Shown one piece after another: positions 63,114 to 64,000 of a stretch of 64,000 nucleotides of DNA (within the stretch, counting starts at the first letter, position 1; each line of letters starts with the position of its first letter). The stretch spans positions 1,467-65,466 of the forward strand of contig JBFFBV010000008.1 in the NCBI GenBank assembly GCA_041560205.1, in the 5' to 3' direction. Both the position numbers and the translations under genes were made by a program. Origin of the DNA: Candidatus Sulfomarinibacter sp. GTDB lineage: Bacteria > Acidobacteriota > Thermoanaerobaculia > Thermoanaerobaculales > Sulfomarinibacteraceae. Below the pieces are notes generated by a model. It was not told where the DNA came from. It worked only from the letters and a program-made list of their open reading frames with translations, and searched no databases.

Positions 63114-64000
63114 ACTGGGAGCAGATCTTCACCAGCCCCCCCCCGTCGACCGGGTGGGTTTTCGACTCGCAAATGGTGGCCCTGGCCCATCGCTCGAAGG
63201 CAGATGAGATCCACTGTGCCGCCGAGGATCTGCCGGACGGCGGCCTGGATGTCGGGCCCGTTGGACTTCAGGCGGTGCACGACCAGGCACTGGGACCGGT
63301 TCTCGCGAGGCTCAAGGGAGCCGCGGAGGGCGCCGACACCGCCGCGGTCGTCGTGCCCACGAGCTGGCTGAGGAGCTTTCTGATCGACGTCGATCGCCTT
63401 CCCCGTCGAGAGGAGGAGCTTCTTGACGTCGTCCGGTGGCGGTTGAAAAAGCTGTTGCCGGTCCCCCCGACCGACCTCCGCCTGTCGGTCGTGCGTTTAC
63501 CGGAGTCCGAAGGACAGCGACAGCTCCTGGTCATGGCCGGCATCGAACGCGCGATGGCCGGCATCGAGTCCTGCTACGCCGGGGTCGGCGTCGAGGTTGG
63601 TCTGATCACCACCAGGCTCTTCGCTCTCGTTCCACGCGACGCGGGGGTCAAGACGCCGTCCCTCGTGATCCAGCACGAGGAGGGCTTCTTCTCGATGATC
63701 CTGCTCGTGGACGGGCTGCCGAAGCTGCTGCGCACAAAGCCTCTTTCGCGGAGCAACAGTGACGAAAGATCGGTGGCGCGCGAGGTTTCACTGACCCTTG
63801 GCTTCATCCGGGAGTCGATCGGTCTTCAAGATGCGATCGAAGTCAGAGTGAATTGCGAACGCCCGGAGATGGACTCGGTCCTGCGCGGCTGGCTGGCGGA
63901 ACAGCAGGGGCTGGTACCGGCGGAACGGGCCTCAGGTCCTCCGTGCGGACCGGCCACCGTGGTCAAACGGCTTGGTGCGGCCCGGCTGGATCCGGCGCTC
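63110..64000 (+). CDS. PilM/GspL-like assembly protein (3' end outside window; not in the ORF track)
   Basis: ATGA overlap with the GspE stop. The frame is open for 297 codons to the window edge. Translation MNWEQIFTSPPPSTGWVFDS...VVVPTSWLRSFLIDVDRLPRREEELLDVVRWRLKKLLPVPPTDLRLSVV resembles the PilM/GspL N-terminal actin-like fold. Confidence 0.6.
   Translation, partial: MNWEQIFTSPPPSTGWVFDSQMVALAHRSKADEIHCAAEDLPDGGLDVGPVGLQAVHDQALGPVLARLKGAAEGADTAAVVVPTSWLRSFLIDVDRLPRREEELLDVVRWRLKKLLPVPPTDLRLSVVRLPESEGQRQLLVMAGIERAMAGIESCYAGVGVEVGLITTRLFALVPRDAGVKTPSLVIQHEEGFFSMILLVDGLPKLLRTKPLSRSNSDERSVAREVSLTLGFIRESIGLQDAIEVRVNCERPEMDSVLRGWLAEQQGLVPAERASGPPCGPATVVKRLGAARLDPAL

Overview
High-GC bacterial chromosomal window, densely coded, with many ATGA/GTGA start-stop overlaps. 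All calls come from reading the sequence and the ORF track and from motif recognition; no database search was run. I saw no rRNA, tRNA, CRISPR array, transposase or integrase.

Layout:
- 2-9550: secreted or surface-protein locus. It holds an FG-GAP repeat protein, a 544-aa orphan secreted protein, a ~1758-aa multidomain secreted protein, and a small secreted protein behind a consensus sigma-54 promoter.
- 9561-29235: glycan-assembly island with 11 glycosyltransferases, 2 initiating phosphoglycosyl transferases and a GT-C-like polytopic membrane protein. An SLC13 transporter is interposed. No exporter or polymerase is recognisable.
- 29291-38629: enoyl-CoA hydratase, aminotransferase, tyrA, Sfp-type PPTase, thioesterase, a divergent GlpX-like protein, two sugar-nucleotide SDR enzymes and folE.
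- 38764-40261: CsgG-family channel lipoprotein plus an orphan secreted protein.
- 40404-57646: housekeeping genes (CBS protein, maeB, ddl, exported msrB/msrA, DUF1343, cysteine desulfurase, ribBA, mfd, membrane protein, two parvulin/SurA-like chaperones, YhaM-like HD nuclease).
- 58455-64000: one tightly packed operon encoding an ECF sigma, an anti-sigma, a 237-aa mini-secretin-like protein, GspF/PilC, GspE/PilB and a PilM/GspL-like protein that runs off the window.

Most notable hidden item: an unannotated SelW/Rdx-family selenoprotein gene (57904-58125, minus strand). It has an in-frame TGA in a CxxU motif and a SECIS-like hairpin, so the ORF track misses it.

Several recurrent intergenic motifs are also reported: G-quadruplex-type hexamer repeats, ACGCAAAG octamer arrays, a G-rich 15-mer, and a 19-bp perfect inverted repeat.
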